Source of the DNA: Alphaproteobacteria bacterium
GTDB lineage: Bacteria; Pseudomonadota; Alphaproteobacteria; UBA6615
NCBI GenBank assembly: GCA_965261975.1
Contig: CBDHEC010000051.1
Location: 1 to 64,000 of the forward strand
Length of the DNA: 64,000 bases
Direction: 5' to 3'
The notes beneath the pieces are model-generated. The model had not been told where the DNA came from and searched no databases. It was given only the letters and a program-made list of their open reading frames with translations. The translations under genes were made by a program, and so were the position numbers. This document shows positions 48,913-58,367 of the stretch, piece by piece (position 1 is the stretch's first letter; each line of letters opens with the position of its first letter).

Positions 48913-49590
48913 TCACGCCGCAATCGCGATGGTGCCGACATTATTCATGATCAGCGGCGCGTCCGTTAGGGCCTGGACCTCGTCGGCGGTTAACCCCGGC
49001 GCTACCTCGTCGAGCACCAGCCCGTCAGGCGTGACGGAGATCACTGCCATGTCGGTGAAGATGCGTGTCACAACACCGCCGGCGGTGAGGGGATAGCTGC
49101 GTTCGGCGACGATCTTGGCAGCCCCGTCGCGCGCGGTGTGGGTCATCATCGCAAACACCCGCTTGGAGCCGGCCGCGATGTCCATCGCGCCGCCCACGCT
49201 GCCGGAAGTCTGGTTGGGCAGGCGCCAGTTGCAGAGGTCACCGTTCGCAGCCACCTGGAACGCGCCGAGGACCGCGCAATCGAGCCGCCCGCCGCGGGCG
49301 ATGGCGAAACTGTCTGCGTGGTGGGTATAGGCCCCGCCGGGAACCATGGTCACCAGTTCCTTGCCGGCGCTGATCAGGTCCTGGTCGGCCTCGCCCTCGG
49401 CCGGGGGCGGGCCCATGCCGATCAGGCCGTTTTCCGAATGGAACATCACATCGCGTTCGCCGGGGATGAAGGTGGGGATCATGGTCGGCATGCCGATGCC
49501 GAGATTGACCAGCCAGCCATCTTCCATGTCCTGGGCCGCGCGGGCCGCGATCTGTTGCCGGGTCAGCAGGTTTGTCTGTTCGTCGCTCAT
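48913..49590 (-). CDS. 3-oxoacid CoA-transferase subunit B (PcaJ/ScoB-like)
   Basis: VNLGIGMPT, HSENG (catalytic Glu), VGGAMD. Confidence 0.9.
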   Translation of the reverse strand: MSDEQTNLLTRQQIAARAAQDMEDGWLVNLGIGMPTMIPTFIPGERDVMFHSENGLIGMGPPPAEGEADQDLISAGKELVTMVPGGAYTHHADSFAIARGGRLDCAVLGAFQVAANGDLCNWRLPNQTSGSVGGAMDIAAGSKRVFAMMTHTARDGAAKIVAERSYPLTAGGVVTRIFTDMAVISVTPDGLVLDEVAPGLTADEVQALTDAPLIMNNVGTIAIAA

Positions 49591-50282
49591 GATGCGTTGC
49601 GCTCCTTGCCGATCTCGTACCAGCCGGTGACATAGTAGGTATCCACGAAAACCCCGGGCGTCACGATGACTTCCGGGTCCAGGTCGTCGATCTCGACGTC
49701 TTCCTGCACCTCGACGATCGTGTGCCCGGCGGCCATGGCCATGATCGGGTTAAAATTCCGGCCGGTCTTGCGGTAGATAAGATTGCCGCGCGGATCTACC
49801 TTGTAGGCCTTGATCAAGGCGAAATCACCACGGAGTGGTTTCTCCAGCACGTAATCCTTGCCGTCGACATTCATCGTTTGCTTGCCGTCGGCCAGGTCGG
49901 TACCCACGCCGGTCGGCGTCAGGAACCCACCGAGGCCGGCACCCGCCGTGCGCATCCGCTCGGCCAGGGTGCCCTGGGGCACGATCTCGAGTTCGATCTT
50001 GCCGGCGTCGTATAATTCCTTGAAAACAAATGATTCCTTGGCCCAAGGGAAGCTGCAGATCAGCTTTCCAACGCAACCTTCCTCGATCAGCCGTGCGATG
50101 CCGCTATGGCCGGTGCCCGCATTGTTGGTGACGATGGTGAGGTCGCGCCGTTTCAGGTCGCAGACCCCGTCGATCAACACTTCCGGCACGCCGGGCTGGC
50201 CGAAGCCGCCGACCAGCAGGGTTGCGCCGTCGGGGATACGGCTGACGGCGTCTTCGAGGGTTTCGGCTTTCTTGTTTTTCAT
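49587..50282 (-). CDS. 3-oxoacid CoA-transferase subunit A (PcaI-like)
   Basis: DGATLLVGGFG, NNAG, PQGTLAERMR, RNFNP, VTPGVFVD. Confidence 0.9.
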   Translation of the reverse strand: MKNKKAETLEDAVSRIPDGATLLVGGFGQPGVPEVLIDGVCDLKRRDLTIVTNNAGTGHSGIARLIEEGCVGKLICSFPWAKESFVFKELYDAGKIELEIVPQGTLAERMRTAGAGLGGFLTPTGVGTDLADGKQTMNVDGKDYVLEKPLRGDFALIKAYKVDPRGNLIYRKTGRNFNPIMAMAAGHTIVEVQEDVEIDDLDPEVIVTPGVFVDTYYVTGWYEIGKERNAS

Positions 50283-50290
50283 TTCTCGGC

Positions 50291-50680
50291 TCAGGCGGGA
50301 GTGAAGTATGGCGCGGGGCGACCATCGGGGCCGTCCTGGAACGTTACGGTGACCCGGTCGCCCACGGCAATATCGGTTTGCCCGACGAGCCCGCCCATCA
50401 TCCTGAAACCTTCGTCCAGGTCGACCAGCAAGACGGTATAGGGGGCGTTGTCGGCAAAGGCGGGCGGAGCGCGGTGCACGGTGGAACAGGCATATACGCT
50501 GCCCGTGCCTTTGGAGACCGCCCATGCAGGATCGGGTGCGCCGCATTTCGGGCAGATGGCGCGGGGATAGAAGATCGAGGCGTCGCAGGCGCCGCATTTT
50601 CGATATCGCAACTCGCCCTCAGCGGCCCCCTGCCAATAGGGATCGCCGTCCGGATCGATCGGTTGGGTCTCGTCGGCCAT
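50291..50680 (-). CDS. DUF35 Zn-ribbon/OB-fold protein
   Basis: PYWQG, CGAC...YPRAICPKC, VDLDEGFRMM. Confidence 0.9.
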   Translation of the reverse strand: MADETQPIDPDGDPYWQGAAEGELRYRKCGACDASIFYPRAICPKCGAPDPAWAVSKGTGSVYACSTVHRAPPAFADNAPYTVLLVDLDEGFRMMGGLVGQTDIAVGDRVTVTFQDGPDGRPAPYFTPA

Positions 50681-50684
50681 ATCG

Positions 50685-51830
50685 CTACTCCAGCCCCAGA
50701 ATACAGGTCGAATTCGATGACAGCACACCACCGGTGCCGCTGATTAGCGCCATGACCGCATCCGCGACCTGGCGTTCGTCGCATTCACTGCGTAGTTGCC
50801 GCACAGCCTCGATGATCAGGAAGATGCCGTACTGCCCGGGGTGGCAATAGGAAAGCCCGCCACCGTTTGTGTTCAGCGGGAATTCGCCGCCCGGGCCCGT
50901 CCGGCCGTTTTCGAGAAAAGCACCGCCTTCGCCGGGTTTACAGAAGCCCAGGGATTCCAGTGTCAGCAACACGGTGATGGTGAAACTGTCGTAGATTTCG
51001 GTCACATCGATCTGGTCATGGCTCACACCCGCCATTTCGAAGGCGCGTTTGCCGGATTCCGCGGCCGGGCTGACCGTCAGGTCGGGCATTTCCGATATCT
51101 GGGCATGGGAAAGCGATTCCCCCTGACCGAGCAGCCAGACCGGCGGCTTGTCGAGGGTCTTGGCCACATCGGGGCTGACCACGATCACCGCACCGCCGCC
51201 GTCGGTGAACAGGCAGCAGTCGAGACGGTGGAGAGGGCTGGCGATCAACCCGGACTCCAGCACCTCGTCGCGGGTGAGGGGTTCGCGGCGATAGGCCCTG
51301 GGGTTGAGGCCCGCCCAAGCGCGGGTGGAGACCGCGAGGTCGGCGAGTTGCTCGGACGAGGTGCCGTATTCGGCGAAATGGCGCGAGGCGGCCAAGGCAT
51401 AGGCACCGACGGGTGTGGGCAGGCCGTAGGGTGCTTCATACTGGTATCCGAGATCGTTGCGGATCTGGAAGATGTACTTGTCCTGCTTCGAACGCTGGGT
51501 GCTGCCATACAGAATCACCGCTACCTTGCAGAGCCCGGCCTGGATCGCGGCGGCGGCATGGCCGAGGTGGAACTCGAAGGACGCCCCACCGACCGACGTG
51601 CTGTCGGCATATTTTGGCTGGATGCCCAGATACTCGGCGATCTGCAGTTGCGGCAGGCGGCCCCAGGCACCGGAGACGAGAACCCCATCCACGTCGGATT
51701 TTTCCAGCCCGGCGTCGGCGAGGGCCGCTGCGAAGGCCTCGGCCTGAAGTGTGAGAACGGTTGATTCGGGGACAACGCCGAGGCGGGATTCCGCCACGCC
51801 GGCGATGGCGCAGGCTTTCTTCAGACTCAA
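50685..51830 (-). CDS. Thiolase-superfamily protein (SCP2/Ltp2-like)
   Basis: AIAGVAE, LDCC..TDGGGA, EIYDSFT, NTNGGGLS..HPG, EAVRQLR; GGAS stands where the nucleophilic Cys usually is. Confidence 0.88.
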   Translation of the reverse strand: MSLKKACAIAGVAESRLGVVPESTVLTLQAEAFAAALADAGLEKSDVDGVLVSGAWGRLPQLQIAEYLGIQPKYADSTSVGGASFEFHLGHAAAAIQAGLCKVAVILYGSTQRSKQDKYIFQIRNDLGYQYEAPYGLPTPVGAYALAASRHFAEYGTSSEQLADLAVSTRAWAGLNPRAYRREPLTRDEVLESGLIASPLHRLDCCLFTDGGGAVIVVSPDVAKTLDKPPVWLLGQGESLSHAQISEMPDLTVSPAAESGKRAFEMAGVSHDQIDVTEIYDSFTITVLLTLESLGFCKPGEGGAFLENGRTGPGGEFPLNTNGGGLSYCHPGQYGIFLIIEAVRQLRSECDERQVADAVMALISGTGGVLSSNSTCILGLE

Positions 51831-51952
51831 ACCGGTTCCCCCGTATTTCGGCGTACGCAGCGATACGCGCGATATCGGGAATTATCGCCAAGTGCGGGCA
51901 GATGTCCACGCGTGCGGGCGCATGGCGAGCACTCGATCCGGGCCGGTTGGGG

Positions 51953-52390
51953 CTAAGCGCCGGCCAGCTTCTGGATCAGCTGTTCGGCGAGCCAGTCGGT
52001 ATAAATCTCCGAACCTGACCGAAGAACATGCCCGGCATCATGCCAGTGCTCGTCAGTCAGTTGTTCCGGCAGGTCGGAATTGGAGTACTCGATACAGCGG
52101 ATGGCGGGTGTTCGCTCGCAAATCGCGGCCTGATGCGCCCGCCGGAAACTGTCGAGGATCGGCGGTGTGAAATACAGCGTATGCTTGATGCCGAGCTTGG
52201 GGAGGGCCGCGGCTTGTTCCTCGCGCCAGCGCAGGGTGGCGTTCAGGACATCGGCCTTTGCGACCAGGACCGGGAAATCCTTCTTCGATGCGCTCGGAAC
52301 GGCCTCGGCGTCGAATGTGGGGTTTGGCTCGTCAAACGGTTGGTAGGCGTTTCGGGGCGGCAGGAAATTGCGGTGTTTGGCGGTTTTCGC
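51953..52390 (-). pseudogene. Start-less 145-codon remnant of an SGNH/DUF1574-like protein
   Basis: Manual translation ...HTLYFTPP...WHDAGHVLRSGSEIYTDWLAEQLIQKLAGA*; bounded by TAG at 52391-52393; no ATG/GTG/TTG in frame. Confidence 0.6.
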
Positions 52391-52425
52391 CTAGGTTACA
52401 GGCATATCGGAAAAGGAATGATGCG

Positions 52426-53394
52426 ATGGCGATGCTGGTCGACGGCCAATGGGTCGAAGAGAACGAAACCAAGAACAAGACGGACAAGTCAGGTGCCTTC
52501 AAACGCACCGATTCTACGTTCCGCAACTGGGTGACGACGGACGGCACGCCAGGACCGAGCGGTGAGGGCGGGTTCGTGCCTGAACGGGGCCGCTACCATC
52601 TCTACATCGCGATGAACTGCCCCTGGGCGCACCGCACGTTGCTGACGCGCACCTTCAAGGGCCTCGAAGACGTCATAAGCCTCGACAAGACCGTACCGCG
52701 CCGCAACGACCAGGGCTGGTACTTCGACGACGACCATGTCGACAACGTGATGGGCCTTTCGGCGCTGCATCAGGTCTATACCGCGTCCGATCCGAATGCC
52801 ACGACCCGCGTCACCGTGCCAGTGCTCTGGGACCGTGAGAGCGAGAGCATCGTCAGCAACGAATCCGCCGAGATCATTCGGATGTTCAATGGAGCGTTCG
52901 ATGCCTTCTCCAACAACGAGCGCGACTTGTATCCCGACGAACTGGCGGACCAGATCGACGAGTGGAACGATCTGATTTATCGGACCATCAATAACGGCGT
53001 GTACCGCGCCGGATTCTCGATCGCCCAGGACGCCTATGAGACCGCCGTTCGCGACGTCTTCGCGACATTGGACAAGTTGGAGGCGCATCTGGCGGAAAAT
53101 CGCTACCTCTGTGGCGACCAGTTTACGGAAGCCGATGTGCGGTTGTTCCCGACGATGATCCGGTTCGATGTGGCGTATTACGGGGCATTCAAGTGCAACC
53201 TACGGCGCCTGATCGACTATCCGAACCTTTGGGCCTACACCCGCGAGATCTACCAGATGCCGGGGATTGCCGACACGGTCGATCTCGATGTCTACAAGCG
53301 CGGCTATTACTCGAAGAGCCCGCAGCGCAACCCGAGTGGCGTTGTCCCGCTCGGACCAGCGATCGACCCGAGCGTTCCGCACGGTCGGGGCTAG
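52426..53394 (+). CDS. yqjG: Glutathionyl-hydroquinone reductase (Xi-class GST)
   Basis: RYHLY...CPWAHR, VTVPVLWD, NESAEI, NNGVYRAGF, RFD..Y...FKCN. Confidence 0.92.
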   Translation: MAMLVDGQWVEENETKNKTDKSGAFKRTDSTFRNWVTTDGTPGPSGEGGFVPERGRYHLYIAMNCPWAHRTLLTRTFKGLEDVISLDKTVPRRNDQGWYFDDDHVDNVMGLSALHQVYTASDPNATTRVTVPVLWDRESESIVSNESAEIIRMFNGAFDAFSNNERDLYPDELADQIDEWNDLIYRTINNGVYRAGFSIAQDAYETAVRDVFATLDKLEAHLAENRYLCGDQFTEADVRLFPTMIRFDVAYYGAFKCNLRRLIDYPNLWAYTREIYQMPGIADTVDLDVYKRGYYSKSPQRNPSGVVPLGPAIDPSVPHGRG

Positions 53395-53403
53395 GGCGCG
53401 CGC

Positions 53404-56307
53404 CTAGCCGATTGCGCCGGATGCATGAGTGATGCCGCTGCTGATCTTCTGAATCAGGACATGGATTTCACGCATCGGCTTGAAGATCGTGATGTGTTCG
53501 TCGATGTAACCCTCGCGGCTGAGTTGGGCGTAAGTGGAGGGTTCGCCGAAATCCTCGGCCGGGCGTTGTTCCCCGGCGACGGGGAAGGCGCGTTCGAGAA
53601 TAACCAGCGCGCTCGGGACTCCGAGTTGCAGCAACTCTGCGACGACGTCGTCGATTGTCACGTTTGGCTCCCGGCTGAAGCGCGGAACCTGGGTGATGAG
53701 CCGGAATAGTTGCCCGATAAGCGCAATACGTACCGCGTGAAGCAGCTCGATCGTCGCGGCATGGTCGGGTTCGCCCTCGGCCGGCGTGATATCGCCCTGA
53801 CCCAGTTCATCGAGGGCTGATTGCCGGGTGATGCTGTCCTGCAGAAACAGGCGGAGCATGCGGCTCAACCGCTCGTGCCGACCGGCGCGCTGAAGAGTGC
53901 CGGCGAGGTTCTCCATCGGTTTGCGAAGGACAGGATCGTCGGTCGATTGCGCCCGGAGCAACCACCCGACCGGGTCGAACAGACCGACATATCCGCGGAA
54001 CGCCGGCAGCGAACCATAGCTGTCTGCGCGCCTTGCAAGGTCGACGAGACTTCGCAGCCGCGGGGATTGATCGTAGATTCCGTGAAAGCGCTCCGGATCG
54101 ATGGCGATCGCGCGTCCCAGCCCGCCGACCGTGTTCGAGAGATAGCCGAGCTGCTGCAGGATACCGTTGTTGGGGATGGCGCGTATCTGGGACGGGTGTG
54201 CGGAATCTGCCGGGCGCTGGCCCTCATGGGCGCGCTTGGTTGGACGCGAACCGGACTTGGGGAGCAGGTTTGTCGAGAAGGTACCGAGGAGCGAGGCGTA
54301 ATCGGGATCCTCGACCAGCCGGTCGTGGAAGGTCTTTACCGCGAGGAAGAATTCAAGCGAGAAATCCGTGTCGGCATAGAAGCGGTCCGCTGTGGCGGTC
54401 TCGGCGCTTTCGGTATCGAAACGTTGCTCGACGAGGCGACTCATGGTCGCGAAGGCGATGTCGGGATTGACGAAAAACACATAGCCATCGCCACCCTGGA
54501 AGCTGAGTTCCTGCTTCGTGGTAACGCCGGCGTCGGCGAAGACCGCACGGCTGAACGGCGTGTCGACATAGTCCAGGCGGTCGCTGAACGAGACCGGATG
54601 AGCGCCGCGGCCCACGGACTCTCCATGGGTATCGAAGATCACAACCTCGATGTCGGTAAGACCGGCCGCCGAGAGCACGCCCGCGAGCTTGATACGGAAT
54701 CGCTCGATGGCGAGTGACGCCGCGATCTGTCCCATAAAACGTCCGGCATCGGAGAAACCGGTCTGCACGCACAGCCGTTTCCGGCCCTGGATGTAGGCCC
54801 GGTAGTGCTCGTTCTCGACCAGTTCGGCGATCATGTCGTGGCCGTGCTCAAGCGCGTGGGGTGTCTCGAACAGCGGTGAGATATCGACCTGGGCGTCGAT
54901 ACCGAACAAGCGCGCGAAGTAGAGCGCCGTGAGAACCTCAAACGGAGATTCACACTCAGCGATCAACAGCCGGATCGGCGTTTCGGAATCCACGTGTTTG
55001 AGGATTTGCGAGGCGATCATGAACAGGCGCCGGGCCGAGGCGGATTCCGACACCACGTCACCGAAGTTGCTGGTGACGGGAACCGAACTGGCGATCAGCT
55101 CGTTCAGGGCGCGCATATGAGAGCGCCGGGTCGCCGATACATTTGGTGAATGCTCGAGGCCGACGTCGCGGCGAATTGCGTTCACCAGCTGGGAGGCGTT
55201 CAGACGGAGATGTACGTGGGCTGCCCCCAGCCCGCTGGTGGCCACGAGCGCGCGCAGGGCAGCGACGGAATCGGCGAGCGCGTCGGGTGCGATCGTGACG
55301 GCTCGATCGAGCGGTGCCAGTAGGGATGCAGCGTTGGTTTGACGGGTCTCGGTGCGTGAGGCGATGTGCCGGTTGAAACGCTGGACAGCATCTCCATCCA
55401 TGGAATCGGCGCCGAGGATACCGAGGTCGGCGACAATCAGGTAGTGCAGATCGCTGAGGCGGGCTGCCACCAGCTCAATCTGGGCGCGGAACTCGTCGCC
55501 GGGTTCGTCGTTTTCGGCAATTTCGTCATTGATCGCGTTGGTGCGGTTGATCAGGAAATCGACCTGGTCGAGTTCGCTGCGCAAGCGCGCGGACATGGTG
55601 TCGGACCAGCCGATGTCCGCGCGGCCGTCGAGGTCGTAACCGACCCAGCTTGCCAGTGTGGCGATCTGCGGCACCAGATCGCGCCATTCGTCGGGGTAGG
55701 CGGCGCGGGCGACGGACAGAATGATTGCGTGGATCTGGCCACGGGCATGACGCGCGTTTGCAATGGCGCGTGCGGCGAATTCTTCTTCAAGGCGAAGATC
55801 GATCGATGGCGGCGGTCCGAACAATTCGCCGTCGGACAGGTGCTGGATCAACTGCTCCCGGTCGACACTGTCGACCGCGATGTCTGCGAGTGCTGACATC
55901 GCCTCGCGCGACATCGAGAAAGTCGGGTGCGCGGTAAACACGATCCCGAAGGTGGCGCGATCGACTCTGGCGCGAAAATCTCCGAAGGGCAGTGTCTTTC
56001 CGTAACTGTCGACAGTCAGTGATTCGAAAAGCTTGCGCAGGCCCGCTGCGTTGGCGTCGGGCGCGACCTCGCCCAGATAACTCCGCAGACGGCCGGCCCG
56101 AATTCGAAACGCGTCGCGCGTCAGGCTGTCGACGGCGTCGGCAAGATCGTCGAGGCCGAGATCCCCGCGGTCGAGCATACGCGTGATCTCGTCGGAGATC
56201 GTCTGAACATGGTTCGCCAACGGCTCGTCGCGTACCGTATGACGGTAGGCGCCATGGAGGATCGAGAGTTGGGTGGAGATGCCCTGTGTGGGGCTGTCGC
56301 TGCTCAT
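53404..56307 (-). CDS. ppc: Phosphoenolpyruvate carboxylase, divergent type
   Basis: VFTAHPT, SWVGYDLDGR, PLFET, GFSDAGR, GESVGRG, GSRP..R, RAIP. Confidence 0.85.
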   Translation of the reverse strand: MSSDSPTQGISTQLSILHGAYRHTVRDEPLANHVQTISDEITRMLDRGDLGLDDLADAVDSLTRDAFRIRAGRLRSYLGEVAPDANAAGLRKLFESLTVDSYGKTLPFGDFRARVDRATFGIVFTAHPTFSMSREAMSALADIAVDSVDREQLIQHLSDGELFGPPPSIDLRLEEEFAARAIANARHARGQIHAIILSVARAAYPDEWRDLVPQIATLASWVGYDLDGRADIGWSDTMSARLRSELDQVDFLINRTNAINDEIAENDEPGDEFRAQIELVAARLSDLHYLIVADLGILGADSMDGDAVQRFNRHIASRTETRQTNAASLLAPLDRAVTIAPDALADSVAALRALVATSGLGAAHVHLRLNASQLVNAIRRDVGLEHSPNVSATRRSHMRALNELIASSVPVTSNFGDVVSESASARRLFMIASQILKHVDSETPIRLLIAECESPFEVLTALYFARLFGIDAQVDISPLFETPHALEHGHDMIAELVENEHYRAYIQGRKRLCVQTGFSDAGRFMGQIAASLAIERFRIKLAGVLSAAGLTDIEVVIFDTHGESVGRGAHPVSFSDRLDYVDTPFSRAVFADAGVTTKQELSFQGGDGYVFFVNPDIAFATMSRLVEQRFDTESAETATADRFYADTDFSLEFFLAVKTFHDRLVEDPDYASLLGTFSTNLLPKSGSRPTKRAHEGQRPADSAHPSQIRAIPNNGILQQLGYLSNTVGGLGRAIAIDPERFHGIYDQSPRLRSLVDLARRADSYGSLPAFRGYVGLFDPVGWLLRAQSTDDPVLRKPMENLAGTLQRAGRHERLSRMLRLFLQDSITRQSALDELGQGDITPAEGEPDHAATIELLHAVRIALIGQLFRLITQVPRFSREPNVTIDDVVAELLQLGVPSALVILERAFPVAGEQRPAEDFGEPSTYAQLSREGYIDEHITIFKPMREIHVLIQKISSGITHASGAIG

Positions 56308-57482
56308 CCCGCGGCGGCGGCCAGGCGGTCAAGGCCGGCTTCCAGATCCGCGATGAGGTCATCGGGATGTTCGAGGCCTACATGCAGGCGCAGCAGGGTC
56401 CCGGTCGATTCCCATTCGGTCGCCGTGCGAATGGGCTTCGACGGCAGGATGAGGGACTCGTATCCACCCCAGCTGGCGCCCATGGCGAACAATTCCATGC
56501 CGTCGAGCATGGCGGCCAGGGCCGCGTCGTCATGATGCGTGTCGAGGGTCAGGCCGAACAGTCCGCACGCCCCCTCGAAATCCCGTTTCCAGAGTTCGTG
56601 CCCGGGGTCGTCAGGCAGCGCGGGGAAAAGCACACGGGTGACTTCGGGCCTTGTCTTGAGCCAATTGGCGACCTTGAGCGCGTTTTCCTCATGTTGACGC
56701 AGACGCACCGCCATGGTGCGCAGGCCGCGCAGACCGAGATAACAATCATCCGGTGCGGCATGCTGGCCCCAATAGCGGAAGTTCATCAGGATTTTCTCGT
56801 AATGCTCCGCGGTCGTGACGATGATGCCCAGCATCGCGTCGGAATGGCCGACGATATATTTGGTCGCGGCGTGCACCGAGACATCGACGCCTTTCTCGAA
56901 CGAACGGAAATTGAGTGGCGTGCCCCAGGTGTTGTCGTTGATCACGACCGCGCCGCGCGCGTGCGCCGCCTCGGAAATTGCCGGAATGTCCTGGACCTCG
57001 AAAGTCTGGGAGCCGGGTGCTTCTGTCAGCACGACCTTGGTGTTGTCCTGCAACAGGTCGGCGATGCCGCCGCCGATCAACGGGTCGTAGTAGGTGGTCT
57101 CGACGCCGTACTTCGCCATGACGTTGTTGCAGAAGTTACGGGTGGGGAAGTAGGCGCTGTCGGAGACGAGAATATGGTCGCCGGCTTCAACGAAAGCGGA
57201 AATGGCCGTCGTGATGGATGCCAGACCGGATGAAACGGCGATCGCGTGGTCGCCGCCTTCGACGAGGGCGACAGCTTCTTCGAGTGACTTCTGGGTCGGC
57301 GTTCCCATCCGTCCGTAGGTGATGTGCTTGGTGAAATCACGCGCGCGCCACTCGGCCAGTGTCGGGCTGGTGACCGTGGAGGCGTGATAGACCGGTGGAT
57401 TGACGATCCCGTAGTTGTTCTCCGGATCGCGCCCGCCGCTGGCGAGCAGTGTCTCCGGGTGGACATTGTCCTTCTTGGTCAT
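56304..57482 (-). CDS. metC: Cystathionine beta-lyase
   Basis: VNPPVYHAST, YGRMGTPT, HAATKY (PLP Lys), GLRTMAVRL, SWGGYESL. Confidence 0.92.
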   Translation of the reverse strand: MTKKDNVHPETLLASGGRDPENNYGIVNPPVYHASTVTSPTLAEWRARDFTKHITYGRMGTPTQKSLEEAVALVEGGDHAIAVSSGLASITTAISAFVEAGDHILVSDSAYFPTRNFCNNVMAKYGVETTYYDPLIGGGIADLLQDNTKVVLTEAPGSQTFEVQDIPAISEAAHARGAVVINDNTWGTPLNFRSFEKGVDVSVHAATKYIVGHSDAMLGIIVTTAEHYEKILMNFRYWGQHAAPDDCYLGLRGLRTMAVRLRQHEENALKVANWLKTRPEVTRVLFPALPDDPGHELWKRDFEGACGLFGLTLDTHHDDAALAAMLDGMELFAMGASWGGYESLILPSKPIRTATEWESTGTLLRLHVGLEHPDDLIADLEAGLDRLAAAAG

Positions 57483-58342
57483 GCGGAACCCTTTTCCTTT
57501 ACGGTTTCGTCGTGGCTGCCCCATTCGGTCCAGGAACCGTCATAGAGCGCCCAATTGTCGCGTCCGATCAAATGCATCCCGAGGCCCAGGATGCAGGCGG
57601 TGACCCCGGACCCACAGGTCGTGGCCACGGTGCGTGCACCGTCGGCGCCGACCCGGTCGAAAGCCGCGCGCAGCGTGTCGGCATCCCGAAACGTACCGGC
57701 CTCGGCATCAACAATCTCCGAATATGGCAGGTTGGTCGACCCGGGTATGTGGCCCGGCTCGACCCCGGGGCGCGCTTCGGGCTGGCTGCCGTCGAAACGG
57801 TTGGCCGCACGGGCATCCAGCACCAGGTCGGTGCCGCCTTCGATGTTGGCCTGAATCTGATCGATCGAACGCAGTTTCGAGGCGTCGAGGCTTGCGTTGA
57901 AGCTTGTGCCCTCAAATGACGGGATGTCGGTGGTCACAGGCTGGCCTTCTGCCTGCCAGTTACGAAACCCGCCGGCCATCACGGCGACGTTTTCATGACC
58001 AAACACCCGAAACATCCACCAAACCCGCGGGGCACAGAACAATCCATCTGCGTCGTAGACGATCACCCGTGTCTCATTTGATATCCCCATGGCGCCGACG
58101 GCTGCCGCGAAATCGTCCGCGCTGGGGAACATATGGGGTGAGGGGGTTGGGTTCGGGTCGCAGACGGCATCGATGTCGAAATGGAGTGCCCCGGGGATAT
58201 GCGCATCGCGATATTCGGCCTTGCCATCCCGGCCGGTCGCCGCGAGGTGATAGGAACCGTCGATAATCCGAACGTTCGGATCATCGAGATGATCGGCCAC
58301 CCAGGCGGTGTCGACGAGGGAATCAGAATTTACGTAGCTCAT
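57479..58342 (-). CDS. sseA: 3-mercaptopyruvate sulfurtransferase
   Basis: HIPGA, RVWWMF, active site CGSGVTA, LYDGSWTEW. Confidence 0.93.
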   Translation of the reverse strand: MSYVNSDSLVDTAWVADHLDDPNVRIIDGSYHLAATGRDGKAEYRDAHIPGALHFDIDAVCDPNPTPSPHMFPSADDFAAAVGAMGISNETRVIVYDADGLFCAPRVWWMFRVFGHENVAVMAGGFRNWQAEGQPVTTDIPSFEGTSFNASLDASKLRSIDQIQANIEGGTDLVLDARAANRFDGSQPEARPGVEPGHIPGSTNLPYSEIVDAEAGTFRDADTLRAAFDRVGADGARTVATTCGSGVTACILGLGMHLIGRDNWALYDGSWTEWGSHDETVKEKGSA

Positions 58343-58367
58343 AAGAAATACTCCTTATGTCACTGTT

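Noticed and set aside
52028-52534. 168-aa plus-strand hypothetical protein
   Set aside because: Codon pattern and motifs favour the opposite-strand SGNH-like frame; it also overlaps yqjG out of frame
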